Assembly: GCA_963724295.1 (NCBI GenBank)
Contig: CAVRUC010000011.1
Span: 91,980-155,979, forward strand
DNA length: 64,000 nt
From: an uncultured Chloroflexia bacterium
GTDB taxonomy: Bacteria; Chloroflexota; Chloroflexia; Thermomicrobiales; UBA6265
Direction: 5' to 3'
Shown: piece after piece, positions 29,572 through 39,752 of the stretch
How positions within the stretch are numbered: the first letter of the stretch is position 1
Layout: each line of letters begins with the position of its first letter
Program-made: the position numbers and the translations under genes
The notes under the pieces: model-generated
The model's database searches: none
Told to the model about the DNA's origin: nothing
The model's input: the letters and a program-made list of their open reading frames with translations, nothing else

Positions 29572-30011
29572 CTACGCCCTCTCGACCCGCTCGTGGGCGA
29601 GCTCGAGCGTCTCGATGGCGACGTCGGTCCCCTTGGCGCTGAAGTCCGGGCCGTCCCACTTGGTCGGCCAGGCCTCGAAGAAGTTCCAGCGGCATGACTT
29701 CGTCGCCCTCGAGGTCGAGAGGATGATGCTGCCGCTCTTCGGCGGACGATCTTTCCCTTGGTCACGTCGCGGTACCAGTCGTAAAGCTCGCGGGAGTCGG
29801 TCAGCCCCCACTTCAATGTGATGTTCGGGATACTTGGTCTGCCCGGGCAGCTTCCGGGTCTGGTGCATCTCGACCGCCTTCGCGGTACTCGATCGGGTCG
29901 GTGGTCGCGCCGAAGCCGGTGCAATCAGAGAATCCGGCCTGGGTGATCCCGTCGATCTCGACGAGGAAGTTGAAATTGCGATACGGATCGACCCGTGTCT
30001 CCAGTGGCCAT
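29572..30011 (-). CDS. Tail tube protein (T4 gp19/Afp1-like), frameshifted
   Basis: GGAGG RBS; 'DPYRNFNFLVEIDG...RKLPG...NITLKWG...RWNFFEAWPTKW.GP...VAIETLELAHE'. Confidence 0.9.
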
Positions 30012-30056
30012 GGCTGCCTCCTGAGCCGTAGATGTCGCGAGTGACAGACGTGCGCG

Positions 30057-31234
30057 TCAGGCGACGGGAGTCTGGGCTGAACTGGCGATGCGGAAGATCA
30101 CGAACTCGGCCGGTTTCACCGGTGCGACGCCAGATCTCGGTGATCGACCTGACCGATGCTCGCGCGACTCGGGTGGGTTGGTCGTCTCGTCGCACATCAC
30201 GTAGAAGGCCTGCTCGGGCACGAGGCCGAAGAGCGCGCCGTCACGCCAGACCCCGGTCAGGAAGGCGGTCACCGTGCGGATGATCTGCTGCCAGAGCGGA
30301 TTGCTGTTGGGTTCGAAGACCGCGAACTGTGTGCCCTTCGTCGATCGACTCCCGAAGGAAGTTCATCAGCCGTCGGACGTTGATGCTTAGCCGCCTTGCT
30401 TCGTTCGTGCCGCCAGCGTCCGCGCACCCCAGACCCGGATCGAGCCGTTGAGGCGCCGGATGACGTTGATGCCGGCGGGGTTGACGACTGCCCTGCTCGT
30501 CCTTGGTCGTCTGGTATTCCAGCCCGAGCGCGCCGCGGACGGCCTCGTTGGCGGGCGCCTTGTGGACGCCCCGGCTGACTGTCGACCCGTGCCGTAGATG
30601 CCGGCCATCAGCCCGCTCGGCGGGATGAAGATTTCGCCGTCGCCCGTTGGCGGCGTTCAGGGTCGGAGACCTGGACCCAGGGGAAGTAGATCGCCGCGTA
30701 GTCACTGGTGCTGACGGCGACCCTTTGATGTCTGCCGGCGTCACGGTCGTGCGTCCGCTGACCGTCGAGGATCGCAAACCGATCCTGCAGATTCGTGTCT
30801 TCGCAGTGGATCGATCAGGGCCAGTCTGCACGGCTGCATCGAGCGCGCCAGGTGCGGCAACGATGGCGATCTCGTCAATCGCCTCGAACTTCTTGAGCAC
30901 GTTGCCGACGGTCCCGGTATCGTCGAGGTCATCGACGCGGGCAACCCAGCAGACGCTGCCGCCGTTATTGAAGAAGCCGTAGATCGAGTGAGCCAACGAT
31001 CCGGTTGCCGGCGTCGAAGTCGCCGAACTACCGCTTGAACTGGTCGAAATTGGTGATCAGCCTTGGTTCCTCGACGGCCACGAGAGGGTAGGGTGTCCCA
31101 TCCGGCTGCAGAGGCATCTTCGCCCCGGTGGAGATGCCGATGAACGCGGCTGTGCTGGTGCCGACGCCGCGTATCGCGGGCGTGACCGGCAGCTCCTCGA
31201 CATAGACACCGGGTGCGGCATACGTCGTTGCCAT
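30057..31234 (-). CDS. Contractile tail sheath protein, many frameshifts
   Basis: 'PGVYVEE', 'YGFFNNGG', 'RGVHKAPANE', 'WGARTL', 'NVRRL', 'APVKPAEFVIFRI'. Confidence 0.9.
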
Positions 31235-31278
31235 TTATCTCTCCTCTCTGCGCGCGGCGGACGAACGACCAAGACTGA

Positions 31279-32124
31279 TCATGGGTTCAGGAGAATGTCG
31301 TACGCGTTGATGACGGCAGCCGGAACAGTGACCGGGACGTCACCAGACGGGGTGAACCCCGCCGCCGTGGCGGTCAGCGTGTGGGCGCCGGCGCCCACCC
31401 CGGCGAACGTGAACCGACCCTCTTCATCCGTGGTGGCCGTCCGTCCGCCATTCAGCGCGACGGTGGCCTCCACGATCGGGGCGGCAGTGAGGGCATCGCG
31501 GACCACGCCGCCGATGCCGTAGACCGGTTCGCCCGGCGTCGTCGGATCCAGATCGTCGTCAAGGACTACCTCCTTGGTTACCACCGGCGGACCTTCGGTC
31601 TGTTTGATCTCGAGATCCATCGCGATCGTCACCATCAGTTGGAACGAGGAGCGGGGCGGCATCCCGAGCGCGCTCCAGAACTCGCCGAGGCTCTTGTTGT
31701 CGTCCGATTGGGCGGTCCACATTTGCACCGGAAAGGGCTGCCCCACCAGTGTGTTCTGGAGATAACTGGTCGGGAGAAGTGGAAAGCGGCTCAGTTTGCT
31801 CATTGCCTGGGCCAGCAGCAGGTGCTCCTCCGCCACGCCTAACGCGTCCGCCTTCTTGGACCAGGACGTCACCAGATAGTCGCAGTCGACGCGCAGGGGC
31901 GGCCGGCGCCGGATCCAGGTCCCGCCGACCAGCTCGACGATCGGCACCGGATCGCGCAGTGTCCGGTTCTCGTGGACCCCGTAGAGGAAGCAGTTGATCG
32001 TTGGCACGGAGGGGGCGAAGGTCTTGTCGGGCGTCCTGAAGTTGACATCCACCCCCGTCCAGAAGGGCGGAATCGTGGTGTCGTCGAGAATCTTTTTGAT
32101 GGTGAGGTCGAGATCTTGTAACAT
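31279..32124 (-). CDS. Pvc16/DUF4255 cap protein with C-terminal carboxypeptidase-regulatory-like domain
   Basis: 'TINCFLY..HEN..LR...PP.R.D..YLVT.W...EEH.LL...FWSALG'; C-terminus 'GVVRDA.T..PI..ATV...TTD..GRF'. Confidence 0.85.
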   Translation of the reverse strand: MLQDLDLTIKKILDDTTIPPFWTGVDVNFRTPDKTFAPSVPTINCFLYGVHENRTLRDPVPIVELVGGTWIRRRPPLRVDCDYLVTSWSKKADALGVAEEHLLLAQAMSKLSRFPLLPTSYLQNTLVGQPFPVQMWTAQSDDNKSLGEFWSALGMPPRSSFQLMVTIAMDLEIKQTEGPPVVTKEVVLDDDLDPTTPGEPVYGIGGVVRDALTAAPIVEATVALNGGRTATTDEEGRFTFAGVGAGAHTLTATAAGFTPSGDVPVTVPAAVINAYDILLNP

Positions 32125-32164
32125 GCACGATCATCCTGTTGCATGGGCCCCACGGGGCTGCACC

Positions 32165-33205
32165 TCACCTCACCTCGCCGGTGGCGGTCAGGTTGGTCAC
32201 TGCCTGGGCAATGTGTTGATCAATCTGCTTGCGCCGGTCTTTTTCGTACGCCGTCAGCGCCTCCTGCGCGTCCTTGAGGGCGTCCTTTGCCTTCTTGGTG
32301 GCTGCAGTGGCATTGCTCGCGGCCGCAACCGTGATTGCTTCCGTATCCCAGGCGGTTCGCAATTGCTGCTGCAACCGCGATAACTGGGTCGAGTCGAGGA
32401 GATACTCCAGGTAGGCCAGCGCGGTCTCCAGGTCCTTCGTCAAGATATAGGCGCTGTTGATCTGCCCTTTCGCGTCCGCGTCCGTGGCGGCGTCTTTCAG
32501 GCTCTTGACACGTGCGGTGTGGGTCTCGATCGCCTTCACGTGGTCGGAAAGCTCGCGTTTGGCCTTGGCGAGTGCCTCCCGGGCGTGGGTGGCTTCGGCG
32601 TTGGCGTTGATTTCGGCGCTGGCCTTCGCTGCAATGTCGTCCTGAAGCGCCTCGACGGCGCCGCGCCGAGCCGCGCTCTCCGCCTCGACGGCGGCCACCG
32701 CGGCGTCGGCGATGTGGACAAACTCGTCGGACAGGCGTCCCGCGAATGCCGGGAGCTGACTGACAACGGGTTGGGCGGCATTCCGCTCAGTGACCGCCTT
32801 GTTCTGGGCTTGCTTGAGTGCGGAGTCACTGCTCTTCATTTCCGTGTTGAATGCGGTGGCGGATGCCTTGTGCTGCTTGACCTGCTCCAGTTGCTGCTGC
32901 AACTCCGAGAGCTGGTCCTGGAGGGTCGAGATCGCCGCTTCGTCCGCCTCTATCTGCGCATCGAGCGTGCTGGATTCCGGGGTTGCCGGCGCAGGCGGCG
33001 TGGCCGGCGGCGTGGCCGGCGGCGTCCCTGGCGGCACGGTGTGCTGCGCGCCCGGCGGCTGGGTGGGAACAGGCATCGCTTGCGCTGCTGGCGGCACGGC
33101 CGGTGGCTGACCCTGCACGCCGCCGGGTGCCAGGGAGCCAGGTTGCCAGGCCTCGCTGCCGCCGGGGTTGGTCGTGGGCTGCTGGGCATATGGATCGAGC
33201 TGCAT
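32165..33205 (-). CDS. Pro-rich N-terminus + long coiled-coil hypothetical protein
   Basis: ATG after GGAAGG; PPAT repeats, then ~260 aa of Ala/Glu/Gln/Lys-rich helix. Confidence 0.7.
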   Translation of the reverse strand: MQLDPYAQQPTTNPGGSEAWQPGSLAPGGVQGQPPAVPPAAQAMPVPTQPPGAQHTVPPGTPPATPPATPPAPATPESSTLDAQIEADEAAISTLQDQLSELQQQLEQVKQHKASATAFNTEMKSSDSALKQAQNKAVTERNAAQPVVSQLPAFAGRLSDEFVHIADAAVAAVEAESAARRGAVEALQDDIAAKASAEINANAEATHAREALAKAKRELSDHVKAIETHTARVKSLKDAATDADAKGQINSAYILTKDLETALAYLEYLLDSTQLSRLQQQLRTAWDTEAITVAAASNATAATKKAKDALKDAQEALTAYEKDRRKQIDQHIAQAVTNLTATGEVR

Positions 33206-33252
33206 CGTGTTTTCCTTCCTCTGCCGTCGTGCCGACAGTCTTGACCAAATCC

Positions 33253-35391
33253 TCAAATTCGCTCACCGATAACGGAGGCGTAGTCGCCAATGTCGCTCTC
33301 GGAGAGCACGCGGCCGATCTTTTGGTGCTCGCGCCAGGTTGCGCGGATGAGGTGCGGCATGCCGATCCGGCCGCCGTTCGCGGATGCGAGATAGGCGGCA
33401 GAGAGGACGATGTTCTTGATGTTGCCGCCGGAGAGCCGGAACTGATTGGCCAGGAACGCGTAGTCGATCGCCTCGTCCACCGGCGCCTCGGTCGGCATGA
33501 ATTGGCGCCACATCCGCTCGCGGTTCGTCTCGTCCGGCATCGGAAACTCGACGATGAAGTGGAGCCGACGCAGAAAGGCGTCATCGAGGTTTTCGCGCAG
33601 ATTTGTCGCCAGGATGGCGATGCCGTCGTACTGCTCCATCTTTTGCAGCAGGTAGGCGATCTCGATGTTGGCGTAACGGTCGTGGGCGTCCCGGACCTCC
33701 GAGCGCTTGCCGAAGATGGCATCCGCCTCATCGAAGAAGAGGACCGCGTTCGCGCTTTCCGCCGCGTCGAAAATACGCTCGAGGTTCTTCTCGGTCTCGC
33801 CGATGTACTTGCTGACTACCGTCGCGAGATCGATCTTGTAGAGATCGAGCCCCAGTTCTCGAGCCACCACATCCGCCGCCATCGTCTTACCGGTACCGGA
33901 GGGGCCGGCGAAGAGGGCACAGATGCCGCGGCCGAGGGCGAGCACGCGGTTGAATCCCCACTCCCCGAGCACGCGCTGCCGCTGCGCGACACGGTCATGC
34001 AGCTCCCCGAGCTGACTGAGCGCATCCTCTGGCAGGATCAGGTCATCCCAGCCAAAGATTGGGTCGATCTTGCGCGCCAGCGAGGCAAGATCCTGACCTG
34101 ATTGGGCGCGGGCGGCGGCGAAGAGATCTGCCGCCTGGGGCTCGCTGCCGGTCCAGACCGCCCCATTCCAGGCGGACAGCACCGCTTCCGCGATCCGGGA
34201 CGCGGTCAAACGATAGTGTCCGGCTAACGTTTCAACCGTACGCTCCTCGACGGCGAGTCCGGCGGCCGCCAGGGCGTCCTGCCAGCACGCCCGGCGGGTG
34301 GCGACGGCGGGAACGGGGAAGGGAATGGTGACGATACCTGCCGGGTCGTCGTACCCGGTGACAGCCGCGGACCACGGAGGCCGCCCGGCCAGCATCGTCA
34401 GCACCCGGCTGCCCGCGACCTCCGCCAGCAGGGTATTTTGGGCCCCGGGGACGTGCTCGCCGCGCAGGGTGTCCACTCCGGGGAGGAAGATTGCGGTCTT
34501 GCGGAACCATGCCTCGCGGAAGGAAACGCGCAGGAGCTCATCGAGCGGCGTCTCCGCCCGCGCCGCGCGCTCCAGGTCAACGATCAGGAGTGGGACGCCT
34601 GCTTCATGAGCGAGAGCTTCAGCGGCGCCTTGCTGACCAGCATCGGGTGGGCCCTGGAAGTAGAGCAGGGCAGGCTTTTCCGGTGGCGGTTGCCGCAGCG
34701 CACTGAGCGGCAGTGCCCGCCACGTTACCGGGTCGAGGGCGAGCGAGCCGAGCGCCCGACCACCGGCTACGAGCCGTGCGCAGGAGGCGAGTCGCGGGTC
34801 GAGGGTCGACTCGCCAAGGATCAAGCGCACCACCTGTTCGTCTGGCCGCATGGCTCGCGCCAGCAGCGGCTGATGAGGTTGATTCGGGTCGGCGACCAGG
34901 TGCAGCAGCCCATGGTGGAGAAGCGGGGCATCAGAGGCTACCCGCGTGCGCGCGTCAATACGAGCCGCGGCAGATGGGCAAAGCAGATTAAGCGAGAGAT
35001 CGACGGTAGGTCGTCGCCGCGTAGCGTCGTCCTGAAGATAGGCATACAGCCGCTCGTAGCGCAGATCGAGTTCCGGCGCGATGGCGATGAGGAGCAGATC
35101 GAGGTCGAATGGCGTCAGGCCGAAGGCATGGCCGAGCCAGGCGAAGGCGCCCCCGTGCGAGCTCGGAGCTTCGTCGTCAGCTGGTTCAGGGGAGAATAGG
35201 AGAGGCTCCCCCGGGGCGCGTTGCAAAAGGCGCTCGACCTCGTCGCGGTCGATCACGAGGCCGCGATAGGGGTCGCTGGCCGCCTCAGGACCGTAGACTG
35301 CTGCCGCGGAGGCGACGGCGCGTGCCAGCAGAGCATCCAGCCGACGCAATGCGGGGAGGAGTCCAGCCGCTGCCGCTGTTGCGCCTTCCAT
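33253..35391 (-). CDS. AAA+ ATPase (Afp15/Pvc15-like)
   Basis: Walker A GPSGTGKT, 'VVSKYIGETEKNL', Walker B LFFDEAD, 'DAHDRYAN', 'AFLRR'; degenerate first AAA domain. Confidence 0.92.
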   Translation of the reverse strand: MEGATAAAAGLLPALRRLDALLARAVASAAAVYGPEAASDPYRGLVIDRDEVERLLQRAPGEPLLFSPEPADDEAPSSHGGAFAWLGHAFGLTPFDLDLLLIAIAPELDLRYERLYAYLQDDATRRRPTVDLSLNLLCPSAAARIDARTRVASDAPLLHHGLLHLVADPNQPHQPLLARAMRPDEQVVRLILGESTLDPRLASCARLVAGGRALGSLALDPVTWRALPLSALRQPPPEKPALLYFQGPPDAGQQGAAEALAHEAGVPLLIVDLERAARAETPLDELLRVSFREAWFRKTAIFLPGVDTLRGEHVPGAQNTLLAEVAGSRVLTMLAGRPPWSAAVTGYDDPAGIVTIPFPVPAVATRRACWQDALAAAGLAVEERTVETLAGHYRLTASRIAEAVLSAWNGAVWTGSEPQAADLFAAARAQSGQDLASLARKIDPIFGWDDLILPEDALSQLGELHDRVAQRQRVLGEWGFNRVLALGRGICALFAGPSGTGKTMAADVVARELGLDLYKIDLATVVSKYIGETEKNLERIFDAAESANAVLFFDEADAIFGKRSEVRDAHDRYANIEIAYLLQKMEQYDGIAILATNLRENLDDAFLRRLHFIVEFPMPDETNRERMWRQFMPTEAPVDEAIDYAFLANQFRLSGGNIKNIVLSAAYLASANGGRIGMPHLIRATWREHQKIGRVLSESDIGDYASVIGERI

Positions 35392-35990
35392 TAACCTAAC
35401 TGCTCGCGTTCATTGGCATGAGCCATAGCCGTTCCCAGCCGCGTGGCGACGCCACTCTATTGGCGAGCCAAGCGGCGATGCCGGCAGATCTGTCCACGTT
35501 GCTGTCCACGAGGAGCGCTCTCCGAGCTGACTTCGACTGACTCGACTCCGCCACCCCAGCAACTAGTCGGGCGGCGCGGCATCTGCGAGCCAAAGACGGA
35601 CAACGAACACCTGCGAACACCCGAATTGCTTCGTCGGCTGCCGCCATGCGGAGGCCGCCTTCCCTCACCCTCGGACCTTGGTGCTTGGAGGCCGATGTCG
35701 ACGTTCGACCTCAGTCCATCGCGCCCAACCTACCGGCGTTGAATCTCGGTAGCGTCTTTGCCGTGTCTAGTTGACCGACTTCGTTAGGGACGAGGGTCGC
35801 AGGCACTCGGCGACGAGCCGATCGGGGATCGACCTGACAGATGGTTCCCGGGAGTCAGCTGGCTGAACGACGCCGCGGCTCGTTCGCCGGCCGATGGCGT
35901 ACCGAGCACGTGGGCGTAGGGCGCTAGCGAGGCGACGGTTGCCAGCAGAACCGTCTGCTAGAGTGCGCTCGGCAGGGACTCAAGGGCCTG

Positions 35991-36659
35991 GTGACGCAAT
36001 GGGAGGCGACGATGGAGCGGTGGGGATACTCGACCCTGGCAATGAAGTCCGGACATCTCCGGCGTTGCGTGTTGGCCATCGTGATGCTGTGCGCGTTTGT
36101 GGCAGTCGGGGTCCCGACGGTCGGCGCTCAGGGTGGCAGCCCGGTCGCCGGCCTCGACATCCCATCTCCGGCGGAGTGCACGGTCCAGCCGCGGTCCGCG
36201 GACGAGCTGCGCGCGCTCTTCCGCGAGGTGGCGGCAACACCGGTCCTCGACTCCTCTATAGCCAGCCCCGGGCCGGCTGTGGCCCCGACGGGCGCTCCCG
36301 CCGACGAGCAGACCGTTGCCGCGGTCAATGCCACCTGGCGGGAGTACATTGCCTGTATCTACCGGGGAGACCAGCCGCGCATGTTCGCGCTCGTCAGCGA
36401 TGACATGGTGCGCCGCCAATTTGTCGTCGACGTCGCCTTCGGCGTGACCGAGGACGCATTGTTCGCGTACCTCTCGGGCACGCCGGTCCCAATCCCGCCG
36501 GACCAGTCCGCTCCGTTCGTTCCCCTCGAAGATGTGCGGGTGCTCAGTGACGGCCGCGTAGCGGTCATAGGATCCGGCGATAACGGCCGTGGGGACGTCC
36601 GCATCTTCATCAAGGAGGGCGACCGCTGGTTGCTCGATGACTGGTTCGATCTGAGCTAG
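35991..36659 (+). CDS. Secreted hypothetical protein (start may be 36042)
   Basis: Signal peptide, then 'GSPVAGLDIPSPAECTVQPRS'. Confidence 0.65.
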   Translation: MTQWEATMERWGYSTLAMKSGHLRRCVLAIVMLCAFVAVGVPTVGAQGGSPVAGLDIPSPAECTVQPRSADELRALFREVAATPVLDSSIASPGPAVAPTGAPADEQTVAAVNATWREYIACIYRGDQPRMFALVSDDMVRRQFVVDVAFGVTEDALFAYLSGTPVPIPPDQSAPFVPLEDVRVLSDGRVAVIGSGDNGRGDVRIFIKEGDRWLLDDWFDLS

Positions 36660-36821
36660 AGCGGGACGCGCCGCGCGGGATCCGATTCGCGGCGAACCCC
36701 ACCATTTCAGCGAGCGCGGCGCCAAGGTCGCGAGCGAGAGTCGGCTTCCTGACCCCCCCCTGGTCGGACGATCATGACTCGCCGCATAGCGACAGCCTGT
36801 TGAAGCACGAAGCGTCACCCA

Positions 36822-37793
36822 TTACACGAAGCGGGGAAGCACCTCGCGAGCGTAGCGCAGCATGGGCGTGTGGTCGTAGGCGACACGCGGGATGTAGGCG
36901 ATCACATACTCGATGCCGACGTCGATCAGGCTCTGGATGCGTTCGCTGACCTCGTCCACGCCGCCGATCAGGAACTGGTTGCTGAACTGCTCGAAGCTCC
37001 ACCCCTGCCGGTTCGCTTCGATCGCGGCATCCCGATCCGCGCCATCTTCCAGCAGCAGCATGTCGAGACTCGTTGATTTGATGATCTCGTCGTAGTTGCG
37101 GCCCACCGCCTCGCAGTGGCCCTTCAGGATCTCCAGCTTCTGGCGGCAGGTGTCAGGGTTGCCGCCGCCGACGTTGCAGGCGTCGGCGTACTGCGCCACC
37201 AGCTTGAGCGTGACTTTCTCCCCGCCGCCACCGATCCAGAGCGGCGGATGCGACTGCGCCCCCTTCGGCTCGTTGATCGCGCCATCGACCTGGTAGCGCT
37301 TGCCTTCGAACGTGGCGTAGTCCTCAGTCCACATCGCGCGGATGATCTGGCAGGCCTCGCGCAGCATCCGGAGCCGCTCCGGCGCGTCCGGAAACCCGTA
37401 GCCATAAGCCAGCCATTCGTGCTCGTACCAGCCGGCGCCGATGCCCGCGTCCAGCCGGCCATTGCTGGCGACGTCGACGGTGGAGGCGATCTTGGCGTAG
37501 AGGGCGGGGTTGCGATAGCCGTTGCAGCCAACCATCTGCCCGATGCGCACCCGTTCGGTGTCTCGGGCGAGGGTGGCGGAGATCGTCCAGCATTCGAAGG
37601 TCGTCTCCAGCTCTGGTCTGGGAATGGTATGAAAATGATCGTAGACCCAGATCGAATCGATCGTCTGCTCGGCATCGGCGGCCTTGGCGACCGCGGTCAT
37701 GGCCGCGAATTTCGCGACCGGGTCCTCGATCTCGACCAGATCCATTTTCCAACCCTGTGGCACAAACACGCCGAACTTCGCTGACCGCGCCAT
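36822..37793 (-). CDS. LLM-class F420-dependent oxidoreductase
   Basis: 'GVFVPQGW', 'WVYDHFH', 'YRNPALYAK..STVD..S.GRL', 'GGGGEKVTL'. Confidence 0.9.
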   Translation of the reverse strand: MARSAKFGVFVPQGWKMDLVEIEDPVAKFAAMTAVAKAADAEQTIDSIWVYDHFHTIPRPELETTFECWTISATLARDTERVRIGQMVGCNGYRNPALYAKIASTVDVASNGRLDAGIGAGWYEHEWLAYGYGFPDAPERLRMLREACQIIRAMWTEDYATFEGKRYQVDGAINEPKGAQSHPPLWIGGGGEKVTLKLVAQYADACNVGGGNPDTCRQKLEILKGHCEAVGRNYDEIIKSTSLDMLLLEDGADRDAAIEANRQGWSFEQFSNQFLIGGVDEVSERIQSLIDVGIEYVIAYIPRVAYDHTPMLRYAREVLPRFV

Positions 37794-37919
37794 GCTCTCC
37801 TCCCGGTTCTCGCTCCATCGCACTACCATCGCAAGCGTAGCGCCAAGGAGGCCCGTATTGAATCGTTGCCCCGTCGGTGGGCGGGCGGATTGGAAACCGG
37901 AAGGGGGAGATGGAAGGTG

Positions 37920-38693
37920 ATGCGGCAGGGAGTTGCACACCTTCTCGGGCTGTGCTCAGTCGTCGCCGCCGCCCTGATCCGGCCTGGTCCGGTGGTCCGC
38001 TGGCTCAGCCGACGCTTCCCGGACGTCCTGTTCGAGCGGGCGAACGCGGGGCCACTCGTCGCCCTGTCGTTCGACGATAGCCCGCACCCGACGTTGACGC
38101 CGCGCATCCTGGATGTCCTGGCCGAGCGTGACGCTCGTGCCACGTTTTTCGTGATTGGCGAGCACGTCGCCGGCAACGAGGAGATCGTGCGTCGCCTGGT
38201 AGACGAAGGGCACGAGCTGGGCAACCACATGATGTCGGATGCCGCGAGCGCTGCCCTCCCCGCCGCCGAGTTCGAGCGCCAGTTGCTGCAAACGCACGCG
38301 TTGCTGGCGCGCTTCGGTCCGGTGCGATGGTTCCGTCCGGGCCACACCTGGTTCAACCGCCGCATGCTCGACCAGCTCCATCGTCATGGCTACCGCTGCG
38401 CCATGGCCTCCAACTACGCGTTGGAGTTCCTCCCGGTCTCGGCGCCGTACGCGGCGCGACACATCCTGCTCAATGTCCGCCCCGGCGGCGTGATCGTTCT
38501 TCACAACGGGACAGCGGACCAGGAACGGACGGTAGGTGTGCTGCAGCGCATCCTACCGGCGCTCCGCCACCGTGGTTACCAGGTCGTGACCATCTCCGAG
38601 CTTGCCGCGGCGGGCCAGGCACTAAGTACTGACCCAGCTGGCAGCGGTTCGGACCAGCTTGGTGCCGTGGGCGCTGGATCGCGAGGTGAGTAA
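37920..38693 (+). CDS. CE4 polysaccharide/chitin deacetylase
   Basis: SFDDSP, ATFF, GHELGNH, FRPG, IVLH. Confidence 0.85.
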   Translation: MRQGVAHLLGLCSVVAAALIRPGPVVRWLSRRFPDVLFERANAGPLVALSFDDSPHPTLTPRILDVLAERDARATFFVIGEHVAGNEEIVRRLVDEGHELGNHMMSDAASAALPAAEFERQLLQTHALLARFGPVRWFRPGHTWFNRRMLDQLHRHGYRCAMASNYALEFLPVSAPYAARHILLNVRPGGVIVLHNGTADQERTVGVLQRILPALRHRGYQVVTISELAAAGQALSTDPAGSGSDQLGAVGAGSRGE

Positions 38694-38804
38694 ACGAACG
38701 TCACGTTCCTCTGGCTTGGCCGGGTTGATGGTGTCATGAAGCCGGCCCATTTCCGCGACAGATCGGCGCCTCGACGCAGTCCAGAGGACGCCGCGTCAAC
38801 TAAT

Positions 38805-39485
38805 TCACCCCGGAGTCCCCGTCTGGAGCACTGCCGTGTCATCGACATGATCGAACTCATGGAACGCCGCGGTGTCGTTGACATGAGGAAACGGTTCATC
38901 CCCGGGAACGGGGACACCCAGGAACGCGCAGAGTGGCTCCCACCCCTGCTTGACGTCGAAGACCAGCAGCCGGTCGGGGGCGATCGTCTCGCGCACCGCT
39001 GCAACGTGCTGGGCAAAGACGGCCTGGCAATGGGCGCGATCCGTGAGCCGACCGTTGAAGGTGCGGTTGTAGATGATGTCCCGCGGTCCCTCGGGCCACT
39101 GGTCGTCCTGCAAGGTGAAAATCGTTTGCTGAATGCTGTCGTACCAGCGTTCCGAATCGCGGACGGTGAGGACGACCTTGGCGTCCGGGTGCGCCGCGGT
39201 CAGCTCTTCCCAGAAGTACGCCCCCGGCCAGTCGACGATGGCCTGAAACCCGGTGAGCAGCGGCCGCCAATCGATCGGCTCGCCGGCGGTCTTGCGGCGC
39301 AGGGCCTCATCCCAGAGGGCGAACCGCTCTTGATGCTCGAAGTTCTCCACCATGTGGTCGCAGGGGGCAAACCCCAGGCGGACCAATGCGTCGCGCATCG
39401 ACGCGGTGCCGGTGCGCCCGAATCCGGTACCGATGACTCGCAGCGTCGGCGCGGGGGTCCCCGCGATCACGGCCGTGTCGGTCAT
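38805..39485 (-). CDS. Sulfotransferase-family (P-loop) protein
   Basis: 'VIGTGFGRTGTAS', 'DWP', 'VVLTVRD...WY.S', 'GWEPLCAFL...PFPHVN'. Confidence 0.88.
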   Translation of the reverse strand: MTDTAVIAGTPAPTLRVIGTGFGRTGTASMRDALVRLGFAPCDHMVENFEHQERFALWDEALRRKTAGEPIDWRPLLTGFQAIVDWPGAYFWEELTAAHPDAKVVLTVRDSERWYDSIQQTIFTLQDDQWPEGPRDIIYNRTFNGRLTDRAHCQAVFAQHVAAVRETIAPDRLLVFDVKQGWEPLCAFLGVPVPGDEPFPHVNDTAAFHEFDHVDDTAVLQTGTPG

Positions 39486-39752
39486 GAGCCTGCCTCCTCT
39501 CGCGTGCGGTAGCGTTGATGAACGACGTCTGCACGTGCACCCAAGCGGGGCGCTGGCGCGCATCCGTGAACGACCTTCGCGTGTTGGACCTGCCTGGCAA
39601 GTGTCTCATGAACTCCAACCATGTCAATGGCGACGTTCCGGTTGCTCGTGATCGGTTCACCCCGATGCGGATCCTGGTCTACCAGTCGGGTCGTATCATC
39701 GGCAGCATCCGGTGCCGGTAGCTGCCGCACGGCAACTCGGGAAGCGTCTGCG

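Noticed and set aside
14890..35391. Prophage or T6SS interpretation of the tail genes
   Set aside because: No capsid, portal, large terminase, TssJ/L/M, TssK or ClpV genes are visible. Pvc16, an Afp15-type ATPase and DUF4157 genes indicate an eCIS.
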